Source: Callorhinchus milii (lineage: Eukaryota). From it: DNA of 64,000 bases. The position numbers and the translations under genes were made by a program. Shown here one piece after another: positions 10,281 to 23,794 of the stretch. The number at the start of each line of letters is the position of its first letter. Positions within the stretch are counted from its first letter, which is position 1. The notes beneath the pieces were generated by a model. It saw only the letters and a list, made by a program, of their open reading frames with translations, was not told where the DNA came from and searched no databases. The stretch is from the NCBI RefSeq assembly GCF_018977255.1, contig NW_024704742.1, positions 105,278,001-105,342,000 on the forward strand. Direction: 5' to 3'.

Positions 10281-12289
10281 AAAGGACTATTATGACTTTG
10301 CTTACTACCCCAGAAGGAATAGTTTTGAACAGAATTTGCTCTCTCTCGATTTGCTTTCCCTTTTCATAATTTTTATCTGGTCAAAATGAAATCAACTATT
10401 TGCTTTGGTCAGTTGACATTTTATGTTAGTTGTTTTGGAGAAAAGGACAACATTGATTATTTGGTGATTTTTTTTGATGATTTGAGTTTCTCAATATTCG
10501 CAGTCCAACCCTATTACAAGAAGACTTGTTAGAGTGCAATTGTTTGTGTATTGCTGGTAGGCTGTGGACTACACTATACTGTGTACATTTCCAGTGCTGA
10601 CTGACTGGCTTCCTGCACATATGACAGCACATTAGGTCAGCGTGACTTCTGTCATGAACCCTGAAATATTCGCGAGAGTGGTTGTGGCTTATCAGCCAGC
10701 TTCCTGCATAGGTGTGTTGTATCATAATAATAATCCTTGCATTTGATATATCGTCTTGTCACTTCTTTGAGATGTTTCAAAGCGCTTCACAGAATATACT
10801 GTAAAGTGAATTGAACCTAGAAGTCAGCACTACGGCCATTCTTGTTTAATAGACCCTTCCTTAACAGGGTGGTGGGGTCTATGGACTCCTACCACTGTTA
10901 AAAATGTTGTTGTAACCGCAATTCACAATTGTAGAAAACAATTTTCCATTCACTTAAATAGTGCCATAAGAGTTTGAGGAAGGGAAAGAAGACTAGGTAG
11001 ACGGGCTAAGCTATTTGTCAGTTCAGAAAATGCTATATTATCTGAAGATCAGCTAGGTCAAAATGCCTAGAAAACAAAGCATCAAATCTCCACGTGACAA
11101 AAACTGTTGCATTTCACATTCTGGCTGAGAACTCGTTATCCACTTTGGTTGGGGAGTTTGAATGACAGGATCGGACGTCCAGGACCATAACCCTGGAGCT
11201 GCATTGTTGGGTCGTCTGTTCTTGCAGTTTTAAATCAAATGTTTCTACTCAAAGTCCTGACTTGAATTTCTTCTACGAAAGTAGTGTTTATTAGGCATGT
11301 CAGATTGTCAAGAAAACTTAGGTCTCTTATTGTGTTTAACAGAGCAAGCATCAGTGGTTCTCACAAGGAAAATTTGTTGATTGAACATGTAGAAAATGTG
11401 TTTCTAAAGATTGAGGAAAACTGACAACACATGTGGGCAACTTTTTTGATCTGCAATTGTGTTTTTCCGTGGATAACCTCCCTGCAAAGTGGAAGGTCAA
11501 AGCTACCATTTCTTGATTTTTATTCTGTATTTTGACGCAAAAGCTGAGCACTGTGTTTACCAGAAGAGGGAGCATGAGCATCAGCAAACCACAAGCCAGC
11601 AGCTGCTGGTGGACAGTGTTCTTAAAAAGACTTGGAACCCACAGCTAAAATATGAAATTGCAATGCATCGTGAATGAGATATTAATATTAAAATGTGTAT
11701 CCTCTTAGATGCAATACATACCTGAGTTGTTTACCTGTTTTTCATGATGCTGTTGTCTGTGTCGTGCTGTATATTAAAAATTCCATGAATAATTAATTTA
11801 AAAAAAACTTTTTATGTAAAATCATAGAGAGGTTGAAAATGTGTTGCTGTGTATGAAGTGCTGTGAATCGTGGTTTACAAATTACTACTACTCAGCCACG
11901 ATATCGCCATCTGGCAAAGGCTGTTTTCTGACCAGATTTTTATTTTCCATCCTTCTATTTTACTGTTCGGAACTTTTCCCAATTCATCTTAAAATACTTT
12001 ATAGCGAGAACAATGAATCATAGTAATAATGATCTTTGCTTTTGATATAGCACCTTTCATATCGGGAGGATATCTCAAAGTGCTTCATAGGATTTGCTGT
12101 AAAGCTGTGAGCACTTACACGTAGTTTGAGTAGACTATTTAATAGAAGCAGATTGTCAGAAAATTTAAGAGGGAATAAGATGGTGACTTTTTTTTGAGGT
12201 GTATGAGACTTGTCCATGATGATTCATATTTTAATTTTATTTCCTTTGGGACAGGACGGATGATTGTATGTTGTTACATTTCCTGTCGC

Positions 12290-12600
12290 ACATTCCAGCT
12301 GTTAATTACCTGCTCAATAAAGAAATACTTCTTGGTGTCTATCCTAAACTTACCCAGCATATCCCCGAAACTTATCATCTTCATTTTATTTTCTCTTTTC
12401 CATTTAGGAACTTCTATACCTCTTCTATATAACTTCCTTTATATAATGTCCTCTGATGCTACTTTTGTTTGGCTGACAACTCCCAGTTTATCTAGCTGTA
12501 CAATAAAAGATCATCTGTCTAATTCTAGGGATCTGACTAGCCCTCGGTACAGATTTAAGACAACTTCTTCAGATTTGACCTCACTTGATTTTGTAATGAG
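12290..12600 (-). mobile_element. CR1 LINE ORF2 C-terminal relic, highly decayed
   Basis: Minus strand reads GKFRIDTKKYFFIEQVINSWN, matching the CR1 terminal motif (FRLDIRKNFFTERVV..WN). Confidence 0.65.
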
Positions 12601-12659
12601 CCTGGAACCCTTTTGTATTTTTGTTGCTGTCTTATTCTGTTTGGACGTGGTAATTAATT

Positions 12660-12940
12660 ATCATAAGATGTTACACCATTCAACCAGGCAATTCGGCTCT
12701 TCGAACCTGTGCTTGTCTGTAATCCCACTTTCCTGCTTCCTCACCAAAATCCTTCAATATTCCTCCTTTTCAAATAACTAATTCCTTTTTTTAAAAAAAA
12801 AAGTGCTTGGGTCTCTTCAACAACTGTTTGTGGCAGAGAATTCAAATTCCAACCATCCTTTGTGAAGACTTTTTTTCTAATTTCCCCCTATGATCCTTTT
12901 TGTCATTATCTTAAATTTATGTCCCCTCATCTCCGATTCA
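12660..12940 (-). mobile_element. CR1 LINE 3' end fragment
   Basis: aggcaattcggctcttcgaacctgtgc...ggcagagaattcaaattccaaccatcctttgtgaag...atcttaaatttatgtcccct; reverse complement resembles 45158-45465. Confidence 0.65.
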
Positions 12941-13584
12941 AATTAGAGCAGGTTGTTTGGCCGTGGTAAGTCTTTGTGGTAAAAGCCATACCTGCTCCAA
13001 CTCGAATACCATATCTGGTGCTGGTCACACACAGAGAGTGGGAGGAGCAGTAGATTGTGTCATCCCTGACACTACCCCAACTATGGAGGCACTGACGAGT
13101 GATTGAACTTGCTAATGGCTAAATACATGAGGTTGTGCATTTTCACGTGGAGCCACTCAGGGGAGTAAATGTGTATATTTTTAATGATTAAGCTACACAG
13201 TACCAGTTAATTATCCGGTAGCAAGCACAGTCACTATTGTTCATATTCCCAGTGTAGGAAGAAATGGAATGGGTTTGAGGACTGTTTGCAAATTCTGCAG
13301 CACAAAGCGTGTCTAGCAAGAAGTGGTTTCCATTATTAACGTTGTTGGACAGTTGTGTTAATTGCCCTCTCTTACAAGTACTAACATTATTTTTCTGGAT
13401 TTTTTCTCAGAACAGCTTTAATTGGGTAATTACTTTTGATGGATTCCAAGAGGTAGCACTTAGTGGCGCCATGAACTCGTTAGAAAATCTCTGGTCATTA
13501 CTAGTTTTTATTAAAATAATTGATAAATCACTTAGTTTCTAAATAAGACCTAACTCCTACACAGTCCTGGCAAGTTTATAATGT

Positions 13585-14460
13585 AATAATAATAATCCTT
13601 GCATTTTATATGGTGCCTTTTATCACTTTGTTGCGATGTCTCAAAGTGTTACACAGGATTTTACTGTGAAATGAGTGTCTGTATTTGTAGTAATAATAAT
13701 CATTGTGTTTGATTTAGTGCCTTATCACGTCGTTGAGACGTTTAAAAGTGTTTCACAGGATACACTGCATAGTGGTTTTGCCTGTGTGTTTTGTGGGTGA
13801 AACGTGGCAGCTAGTTTGCGCAGAACAATATCCCACAAACATCTGTGACTAAGAATGACCAATTTTATTTGGGGATATTGGCCAGGACAACAGAACCACT
13901 CCCTTCTCTTTTCGAATAGTGCCACGAGATGTTTAACGTCCACCTGAACAGGCAGACGGGACCTCGGTTTAACATTACGTCCAAAGGACGGCACCTCCAA
14001 CAATGCATCACCCCTCCAGCACTGCATTGAAGTGTTAGCTTAGACTGTGTAATTCCAAGGCCCGGAGCGAGTCTCGAACCCACAACCTTCTGACACAGAG
14101 GCAAGAGTGCACTGCACCAAACCGATATACAAGGCAGACAAGTTGCGCACTGCGATGTCTCGCAAATAGCCACAAAGCGAGGTAACATTTTTTATTTTGG
14201 GAGATTGTTGGCCAGGATATAAAGAGAAACTTCCTGCTCTTTTCGAACAGTGTCACAGAATCTTTCACTTCCACCTGAACAGGCATACGGGACCGCTGTT
14301 TAATGTCTCATCGAATGATGGCTCGTGACAATGCAGCACGCCCCCAGCACTGCATTGGAATGTCAGCCGAAACTATTAGTTTGAAGTCCTGATGAGGGGC
14401 TTAAGCCCACAACCTTCTGACTCAAAGGGGAGAATGCTGTACTGCTGAGCCAGGCTGTCA
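13585..14460 (-). mobile_element. Two nested Deu-domain SINEs (inner copy ~13691-14128 inside an outer copy)
   Basis: Both contain the Deu-like block (minus-strand gaggtgccgtcctttggacgtaatgttaaaccgaggtcccgtctgcctgttcaggtggacgttaaac) and a tRNA-like head (cgaacccacaaccttctgac). The outer tail at 13585-13690 continues at ~14132. Confidence 0.8.
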
Positions 14461-14565
14461 CAAGTATTCCACCAATGCATTGTTCACTGGACTGTCAGTA
14501 ATCTGCTCTACAGAATAATTCTCGATTCCCAAAATGGCAGGTTGCAACTCTTGACCATTCTATCT

Positions 14566-14785
14566 AATAATAATAATATTCCTTGTATTTGATATAGCGC
14601 CTTGTCACATCTTCGAGACGTCTCAAAGCGCTTCACAGAATATACTGTAAAGTGAATAGACTATATTTTTGTGGGCAAAACGCGGCAGCCAATTGCACAC
14701 AGTAGTGCCCCACAAACAGTCGTGCGTTGAGTAAATAAAATTATTATTATTTGTTTTTGAAGGAATTATTACCCCTGGAAAATCT
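14566..14785 (-). mobile_element. SINE family A 3' half
   Basis: ccttgtatttgatatagcgccttgtcacatcttcgagacgtctcaaagcgcttcacagaatatactgtaaagtg...attattacccctggaaaa. Confidence 0.85.
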
Positions 14786-17700
14786 GTGAAGTATGAATGG
14801 GAGGTGTTGTATAAATTAGATGTAAAACATATGATTGTTGTTAGATGTGAATCGTGATTCCAATTGGAAAACACCTGAAGGGGTGAAGGCCCAGTGAGAA
14901 GATTGAGGAGGGGAGAGAGAGAGAGAGGAGGCTGTGAATGAGAATCTAGTTGAAACTTTTTCAAGTTCGGAGTAGAAAGTGTTGATTATCTTATTTGAGA
15001 GATGTCACACAACAGGAGGGAAGGCACGTCTCCAAAGAATGGAAAGAAAAAAAAATGGAGGAATTCATTCACTCACTTTGGGTGAAATCGATACATTTGA
15101 TTTGAAAATCCTGTGCACGCTTTGCATGCTTTGGATTGACTGTTGAACATGTGGCTAGAATTGCATTAGGGTATCATGAAACAAACAAGGTTTGCTATTT
15201 ACCGAAGAATCTGGGAATAGGGGAAGAGCATTTAGCGATTACATTTTAGCCCATTGAGTCCGCTCCACCACAGATAATCACATTGAACTACGACCTCTCC
15301 AAATCTCACTTCCCTGCCTTCTCTCCTTTAATATTTCAGCTTTCCCAATTATCTACCCATCTCTTTCTCGAGTCCCTCTAATGGTTGTTCAGTTATTTTC
15401 AGTAACTTGCAAACACACAAAATCCAGAATCACTGTTTAAATCAGTATGATGCCTGATACTGGGCTAAAAAAGGAACTTGTCAAAAAGTGGAATGAAATG
15501 GGCCCCAATCAGTGAATAAGAATAACATACAGACTGGTTTCAAGGAAAAATGCATCTAAAGGTTCAGGTAGCACTGTTTGTTTTAAAAAAACACTCTTGT
15601 GATTTATGTTGTATGTTTCTGCCATGCAGTGTGCTCCAGCATGTGTGGTGCCCTGAAATGACCAGAAGAGCATTGCCAGCTATAGACCTTGTATTGTAAG
15701 CATAATTTTAAAAAAAATCAAAAGCAAAAGAGAAGATTTTGAATCTTGTTGACTTTGCAAAATGTGGTTAATAGATAAATCTGACAATTAACTGTTATAC
15801 ATGAAAAGTATGAAATATTAATCAGGCATTTGCATCTGCTAATGAAATGTGAATGAAGCTTGTTAGTGTAGGATCAGGTCCTGTCGCTGGATGAAAGTTG
15901 CCAGTAAATTTTTTATTGACTCAAAGTCAAAGATCATTACTCCACTGAGAAAACAGTTGTCAGGGCTTGGGTATTTGCTTGGGTATTCACAGACTTGAAA
16001 GGCTTCACAGCAGTAGCCAGACCATGTTTGGCTTAAGACATGGTACTCTTGACCAGGAAATTGTTGTGTTCCGTTCATGATGAATTCTCAAAGGAGATAT
16101 CTGTCAGGTTCAATTCCGCTGTGCAAGTTGGTTTTCTGGTGCTGGAAGACTTGGCTACAGATAAATGATACTCTCTGCAGTTTAAGAACCGGTCCTTGAG
16201 AAGTAGTCTTTGAAGATTTGAAATAATAACTTTCATTACTTTCCAGCAGCTGTACTAGCAGTTGCTGTATATTTTTAATACATTTTTACAACTAATGGTT
16301 TTCCACTGGAAAGCAGAGAGTAGTTCAAATAGAAATATTAATGCAATTTTTAATGAATTAAACATTGCATTTGGTAGCTGGGATGCGCACTGCCTGTGTT
16401 TGGAAAGCTGTGCTTTCATTTGTTAATCTGATAAAGATGGTAAATTGGGATTGCTGATTAAAAATTATTTTGCATATTTTATTCAATGCAAATTTTGGGG
16501 GTCTGAATCTTTGAGAGTCACAGTCTGACTTTAAATATTTTTATTGCTTAAGATTGTTGCAAGTTTTTCATTGGAGCAAAACCTTTATATTCATAATTCC
16601 TAGAGATTCATTTTAGGTGCATGACCTTCTATAATGAATGCAAACTGATGTCAAACTGAGGGTATCATTAACGAAAGTGGGTTCGGAATTGTTGAATAAT
16701 AGAATTATTCAATAATCCTTTGGTTTTAATTGGCATGAATTTAACTCCGATTTAAAGGTAATTTGTGGCTGTTTTTATTTGGGGGCGGGGTGGGAAATGA
16801 CAGCGAAGTTTAAAATTAATATATTTGTGATGGAGTTGTGACTGAATAATCTTATTGCTGGTCTTAGATTTGTGAATGCTGTTGGGTTCTATCTGGCATG
16901 GTATTAAATTACTTCCACAAGTGGCTATGCAGTACACTCAACACAAACAGATTATAACATACCATAAACTTATAGGCGTTTATTTGGAAAGAAATTGATA
17001 GATCAATAGAAGTACATTTAAGATTTTAAGAATTGCACACTTGCATATTTTTAACTTTTTAAATTTCATATATTTTAATTTTTTTCTCATTATGGTCTCT
17101 CTGCAGGTATTTTCTACCGTAAGCAGTTTGCCATTCTGTTTCAGAAGAAAATAATATTGTTTCCTAACACAAGGGAATTATTCAGACACTTGAGAATAAG
17201 TTCAGCATTTGGTTGTGACACTGATCATATCAAGATATTGCAAAAACTCCATGTTTTATGCATTGTATAAAATGTGTTTCAGTTTTGAAATTGGCTTAAA
17301 ATGACTGACTTGACTTTATATAAATGTTATGTATTTCTTTTCCATTTGTTATCCTCCACATGCCATGCAAGGTCAACAGGGTAAATTGCTGAATGGCTGT
17401 CGTTTTCTGAGACCTTTTCCAACTGAAACCGCATGACTCTTTCATCTTGGAATTTCATTCTTTTTCCTTTAAAGATATTTTATTTATTTTCTCACATGAC
17501 CAGGTTCTGTTCTAGAAAGAATAGCAGGCAGGCAACTGCTGGGGTTTCTGTATCCTGAGTCACTCTTGGTTTTCTTGACCCCTTGGGGGGAAGTACATGG
17601 CATCGCCCCATAACAGCATGACTGATATTGTCAACAACAACAACTTGCATTTATATAGCGCCCCTGATGCAGGGTAGTGTCCCAGAGCTCAGCTCAGTAG

Positions 17701-20479
17701 ATTTTGGGTACAAATCCTTGTCCTGCTACTTTATTGTAGCGTGATAGTCCAATGCACAATGTGCCTCCTCACCTTCAGTCATTTTTGTCCGGTCTGTAAA
17801 AGCATTACGTGTACTGCATCAAAGGTGTCATCGCACAGCAGGTACAGTACCATTGGAATACTCATAGGTTGGGTTGCTGCTTTGCCTTGGTGTAACAATC
17901 ACCCTATCTCAAGTATGGTGCCTATAATACAATACAAAATTACATTTGTACCGCACCTTTCACGAAGGGAGGATGTCCAAAGGAATGGGCAGTCAGGCAT
18001 TTGGACCTGAGCAGGGGGTGTTGGGATCAGGGAGGATGCATATACTTATCTTATAATCAGCCATAAAAAGACTTGGGTATGGAACCACGAAGGCCTGTCT
18101 CTGTTGTTTTTGCCAGAGTACCAGATATTGCTACCTACACACTTGCCCTTTACCAAGATCAGGACAGTGAGTGATACAAGTACAAGAAGTTGTTGTTAGT
18201 TCAGGGAGGCAGCTTCCTGGTCAAGATTTTAGTTTATGCCCTGAACTTCCTTTTAATCAACATATATGTAGTGCCGGTTTCCATTCTCCTTAGGTATCCA
18301 ATCAAAGTTTGTGTGATTGAACCACAAGCTAGCAGATAACTCCTGTTCCAAGATGCTAAGGATTTAATCCAGAGGTCAATATTCGCAATATAAAGATGCA
18401 GAAAAGCTTTTTAGCAACCAGGATAAGGCAGATCTCTGCGTCACTAATTGCCAGGACTGAGAAGAAACTGTGAACCTCACAAGATAACTTTTTGATAGAT
18501 ATAGTTCATTTCCCTTCCTTTTAAGTATCCTAATTTGTGGTGACATGCAGATGGAGATCCATTGCATCAAAGCAGAACTCAGTCTATCATCTGCTTTAGA
18601 GGGGAGCGACCAGGGTTTTGTCACTTAATGACATCTTTTCCTGTGTGTGAAGTTCTTACTTCTGTGATTTTGTGGTTATCTATCTTCTCAACTGCAAGTT
18701 ATTCTGAATATTGACCTCAAACCCAATTCCTTCAGGACACATCCAACATTCTTATCATTTCATCCTATTTTAGGGAAAATTAGGGCAATTTGTGTCCAGA
18801 TTTATAGAAATTGCCTGTGAGGTCATTAGATGCCTTTTAAACACAGTTTACTTTAGGATATGAATTTGGCATGATTCTACCTCTGAGTTCTCTGTCAGCT
18901 AGGTTCTGGCTGAGCAAACAGTATAACTTGGTAACTGATCATTCCTCCCTCATGTGACATGGCTGCAGATCATTTCTACAATCTCTGTATGTTTGTTCTG
19001 TCTGAGGCACAAAATTACAGTTCCTGTTCCTTGTTTCACAGATATCCGGATTGCAATGCATCTCGGTGTGAGAGAAAGTCTGTGTGATTGAACCTGTCAG
19101 ACGATCAAACTGACGATCTGCTGCAGGCGTAAACCTTGGGTTAAACCAACCATCAAACATTTACTTGATGCATTAGGAAATAAACTGTCCCCAGTTACCA
19201 TCTTACAGGAAAAAAATCTACCGATAAAATTAAAGGCTATGTTGCAGTAGAATTGTAGTTATGAGGCCAGGGTTGCTGTAATATGCATTAGGTTATGGGA
19301 AATGTGCTGCTGGTTGATACCCCAGTTCAATTTCTGGATGTCCTCCTATACTCCCAGCAACAGCCAGAGAGAGTTAAGTTCATGTGAAATAAGTCTTCTG
19401 TTATGGACTGCCTGTGGTTTATGTACACACTCCTTCCTATACTATCAGATGGATAGCTCCTCTCGCTTCGAAAAGAAGAGGAAGATCCATGGAGAATTAT
19501 GATGATTACAGTAAAATTTGTTTAGATCTGCTAGTAGAATCCTATTTTCTAATGAGTTATTACTTAAGGAGAATTAATCCGATATTGTGCAGAACTCTGA
19601 AAGAAAATGACCCAATCACTTTACCTCAGGTGTAGTATTCCTCATTCTTGAAATCAAAGCTCGGTTCCATGTATCAAATCACTTATATTCCTACATTCTG
19701 ACATTACTTTAGGGTTGTCAAGGTTTTCTGAGGAAGTGCTGAATTATCAGAGGTGCTGTAATTTGGATGCATTCATCCATTCAACTGAGGTCACATCTGC
19801 CTGTTCAGGTGGATGTTAAAGACCCCCACGATGCCATGTTTAGAAATTGATGCCACAAGACGTTATACTCTGGAGGATACAAATAGTTAACTGTTTGGCA
19901 AATAGATCTGGTCTTTCATAAGCCTTTCATAATTTTGGAGCAGAGGAGCTGATTCCTGAATGCAGTTTCTGTCCAGGGAAGGTAGAAGATTGCTATAGAT
20001 ATGGATATCATTTGAGGAGCATGCTTTCAAGTCGAGTTACTTCCAAGTCAAGAGTAGTTAGAAATATCACTGCATTACTAATGAACTAACTTACCCCAAT
20101 GACAAATCTTTGGAATTATATGACTTTCTAAAGGAAGCCTTTGTGGGTGCTTTTTGTGGAAGACCTTTCTCAGAAGAGTAAACACCGAATAGACAAGCTA
20201 CCAATTGTCAGCTGGCTAAGGAGGGATAAAATTGCATGATGTACAAGAGCTCTGTTTTTATTGATGTCATTGGAACATTACTGTGTGGAAAATGGCTGCT
20301 GCGATTGCCCACAAAACATACAGTCACTCCACTTTACCATATATCTTGTGAACGCTTTGGGACATCCTGAGGTGAAAAGCGCTATACCAAATGTAAGGAT
20401 TATAATTGGCCTGTAAACATTGATATTACATGCGTTCCACAAATGATAGAGTGAAGTGAGGCACACTAAGGCACCTGAG

Positions 20480-20692
20480 GCTACAAATTGCTGTGGTCTT
20501 AACCTTAAGAATGTGTCTTAAAATTTAAGATTGGACAATTTTGGAAAATTTTTAAATTCAGTCTTTTAACAGTTGTGGAAAACTCTTCCAAAATAAGATT
20601 TAATTCAGAATTCTTCCAAAATTCTTGATCTTAAATTTTAAGAACCTGATTTTATGAAGGCTTTCGTATCACAATCATGAAGAATTTGGGCT
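20480..20692. mobile_element. Palindromic MITE-like element
   Basis: Perfect 16-bp inverted repeat tcttaaaatttaagat (20516-20531) / atcttaaattttaaga (20628-20643), extending inward as aattttggaa / ttccaaaatt. Confidence 0.65.
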
Positions 20693-21654
20693 TCTGTTGC
20701 TTCAACGGAAAAATACACACCTCCTATTCCAAAGAGCACTTTCGAGCTGGGTGACTGAGGTATATTATGTTGACTGAAAGAGTAGATTTTTATTTTAGCT
20801 CTATGGTGATGCACATTTAACTGGGAAATTAGAACATTTTTGTTTTGTTTTAATGTGTTAATATGTTAATTGTATTCAAGATTCAATTGAATGTTTGGTT
20901 ACCAAATTAATAGGTTAGTGCTAAAGTCATTAGTTTAAACGTTTAGGATTTCCTCATCCTGTACTGTTGAATGTTTTTTTTTAAAAAAGCATAAGCATTA
21001 TTTAGATTAAACAAATTGAAAACCTATTTTGTTGCTTCCATCCACCTTTCACCAATCAGATCACTGTGACATGTCGTATTGTGATTCTCTCGCCAGATTG
21101 GAAAGCAACCAAATAGAAATGTCTGAAAGTATCCTGATCACAAATATGTTTCCGTTCTGTGCTGTTTATCCTGGCTGCATGACCTTCACCTCCAATTTTT
21201 GCCAATTTAAACACACGTGAATGTGTAAACATTCATTTACGTGGGTCTACAATTTAATTCCCAGCCAGATGTTTACAGATGCACATAATCTTGATGTGTT
21301 TACCATCTGTGTCCTCGTAAGGACGGTACTTGTTAACTGTTGTGAAATCAGAAATTGCCAGCCTACTGCAAAGTGCATGTGTGTGACTTGCCCACAAATT
21401 GTATTTAAATTGTATTTCCTTGTATTAGAGCAATAACCTTGCAGGTTACATTGATAAAATCATAGTTGTAAATGTCTTGCAGAGAGAACTTATGAAATTA
21501 ATATTTATATTCTTGCTTGCAATGATATTCGAGAACATTTACTGCTTATACCCCAGCCAGTTAGATTGAAGAATTAGCCAACATGACAATGCTTTTAAAG
21601 ATGCTCAAGCTCTGATTGACCTATTTTTCTTTCCTAATGGAGCTTACTCCACTA

Positions 21655-22067
21655 AATAATAACAACAATAATAATCCTTGCGTCTGATATAACACCGTGT
21701 TATGTCAGAAGGACGTCTCTAAGTGCTTCACAGAAGTTACTGTGAAATGGAGTGATTGTGTTTGTGGGCAGCAGTGTTCCACAAACAGCCATGAAATGAG
21801 TGACCAATTTTATTTGGGGGATTGTTGCACAGGACACTGGGCGAAACTCTTTTCTCTTTGCGAATATTGCCATGGGATCTGTAACGTTTCTCTGAACAGG
21901 CAGTTGGGATCTTGGTAATACGTTTTCATCCGAAGAACGGCACCTCTGACAATGAAACACACCCCAGGCACTGCATTGGAGTACCAGTTTAGACTATGTG
22001 AGTTTGAATGCTGATGTGGGATTTGAACTCAGAGGTGAGAGGTGCTACCAACTGAGCCAGGCTGACA
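21655..22067 (-). mobile_element. Deu-domain SINE, near full length
   Basis: Shared tail, then gccatgggatctgtaacgt...catccgaagaacggcacctctgacaatg...cactgcattggagt, ending gtgctaccaactgagccaggctgac. Confidence 0.8.
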
Positions 22068-22079
22068 CACATTACATGC

Positions 22080-22430
22080 AGAAGATAGACACCCTCGATG
22101 GCCAGAAAGTAAAGATGCTGATTCCTGCATCATGGGGTCAAATAAGAAGTCACCAGTTCAAACTTGATCTGAGCAGTTGGGGTATAATATTTGGCCACAA
22201 TGTTCTGAGTTAGGGAGGGGAAGTTGCTCAGTATTCCCACGTTTCAGCACGAGCCAGAGAGATGTGTATGTGTTGATATGAAGATGGGTTTGGAATCAGT
22301 TGTGGTCAAATAGCTGAACTCACTGTCAAATTTCACAAATGAATGTCTCTTGGGCAAAGTACTGGAAAACACCCGCGGAATCATAGCCCCTGGAAGAAAA
22401 TAGTTGAACTTCTTCAGGAGAGGAGAAAAG
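22080..22430 (+). mobile_element. Old SINE family B, diverged copy
   Basis: ttgatctgagcagttgggg...ggtcaaatagctgaactcactgtc...cacaaatgaatg...ttgggcaaagtactgga...ttcaggagaggag; reverse complement of blocks in 40251-40570. Confidence 0.5.
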
Positions 22431-23794
22431 TTGGCAGAAGCCCCCCTCCCTCAACACAGAAAATATTGCTGGTCAGAAAATAAGTGTGGTCTGCACAATG
22501 ACGGATGCTTGAGGAATTGAGAAATCAGAACGAGTATCCTCTTTGTAGAGTTGGTATGAATTGTGCAGAATTGATTTGGTTTTGAAGCCATGCAGTTAAT
22601 AGTTTTTACTTCTGTGGCAAGAGGTAATAGTCACACATATGGGACCAATTTACCATCACAAGTTGGTAAAATGGCTGTAACTTGTGTGTGCTTGCTGTTG
22701 ACTTGCTATTTCAAGAAGGGATAGAAGTGAAGATTTTTTGAAGTTTGTTGACTTCTTCCCAACACTGGATAAAAAGACAGTGTCGACAATCTATCGTTTT
22801 GCATGAAGAGCTTACTTGTTTGATTGATGAATGACAGACACAGCTATGCTTCCAAAAAAAATCAATTTGTCATGTGGCAGTACAAGCTTTGAAAGAAATC
22901 AATGTCTCTTATGAGTACGCAGCAAGTGTTACACAAAAGCGTTTTTGGTTTTGTTATTACAGCCTTGACCTTGATTCCACATCCACTTAGTTAAATGCTC
23001 TATAATGCATCTTTCAGAAATGTTGTCTATCAATCATCTTAGGTGACAATGCTTTTTATGATTGTCAGATGGAGTCTGGATTGCAAGGAATCGATCAAAA
23101 TGGACTGTAGTCATAAAAGTATAAAACTCTAGTTTTGTGTCCTATACATGTCACCCGACATTTCTGAAAGTGAAGTTTAGTCTTTAAGCAGATGAATTAG
23201 TTGGGTGGTCTGTCAGTAACCTCTGTTAACCTGCTAAGATGAAGATGAACCTTACAAAGCGTCATTGAAGAACTAACCTAATTATTTTCCTAAGCAGACC
23301 TTTTAAGTACCGCTCTGATACTCTGTGATGTGTTGAGCTGTACTTCAATGGATAACACTGCTGTTAATTAGTCTCTGAAATATATTTCTTCACATACATT
23401 TAAGGGGCCATTTGTATATATTAATAGGAGATTTCTTACATATATAATGTGATAATGTTACTTTATTGAGGTAAAAGTTATTTTAAGTTATTTTAATATC
23501 ACTTCACACCCTCAATATCCATGGTTTATGTTTTATCTTTTTGGATTGTATTCCCCCCAGTAAGTTATCTCCAATTAGGAGAGCTTCGTCCACCAATGAA
23601 TTAGCCAATGGAAGGCAACATCATTCAAGAGGTGTTAGGGCATGTTGGACAGCACCGGCTTTTCTTTCCCTTGTCTTGTGGGGGTGGGAATGGGATGGGT
23701 TGCTGTATTTGGCTGCCCAACTGAGAACTGGCAACCAGCAAGAGGGAATAATGAACAGCCATGGGATGAGGCCTCACAGCCTCCTGCAGATCAA

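Noticed and set aside
9631..10389. 252-aa ORF as a host gene
   Set aside because: It is a frameshifted L2 ORF2 fragment; the antisense 173-aa ORF at 9532-10053 is its shadow.
11901..11920. CTCF-like motif on the minus strand (ttgccagatggcgata)
   Set aside because: It lacks the conserved 5' CC of the core.
12194..12781. 195-aa hydrophobic ORF
   Set aside because: It is antisense to decayed CR1 sequence and resembles no protein I know.
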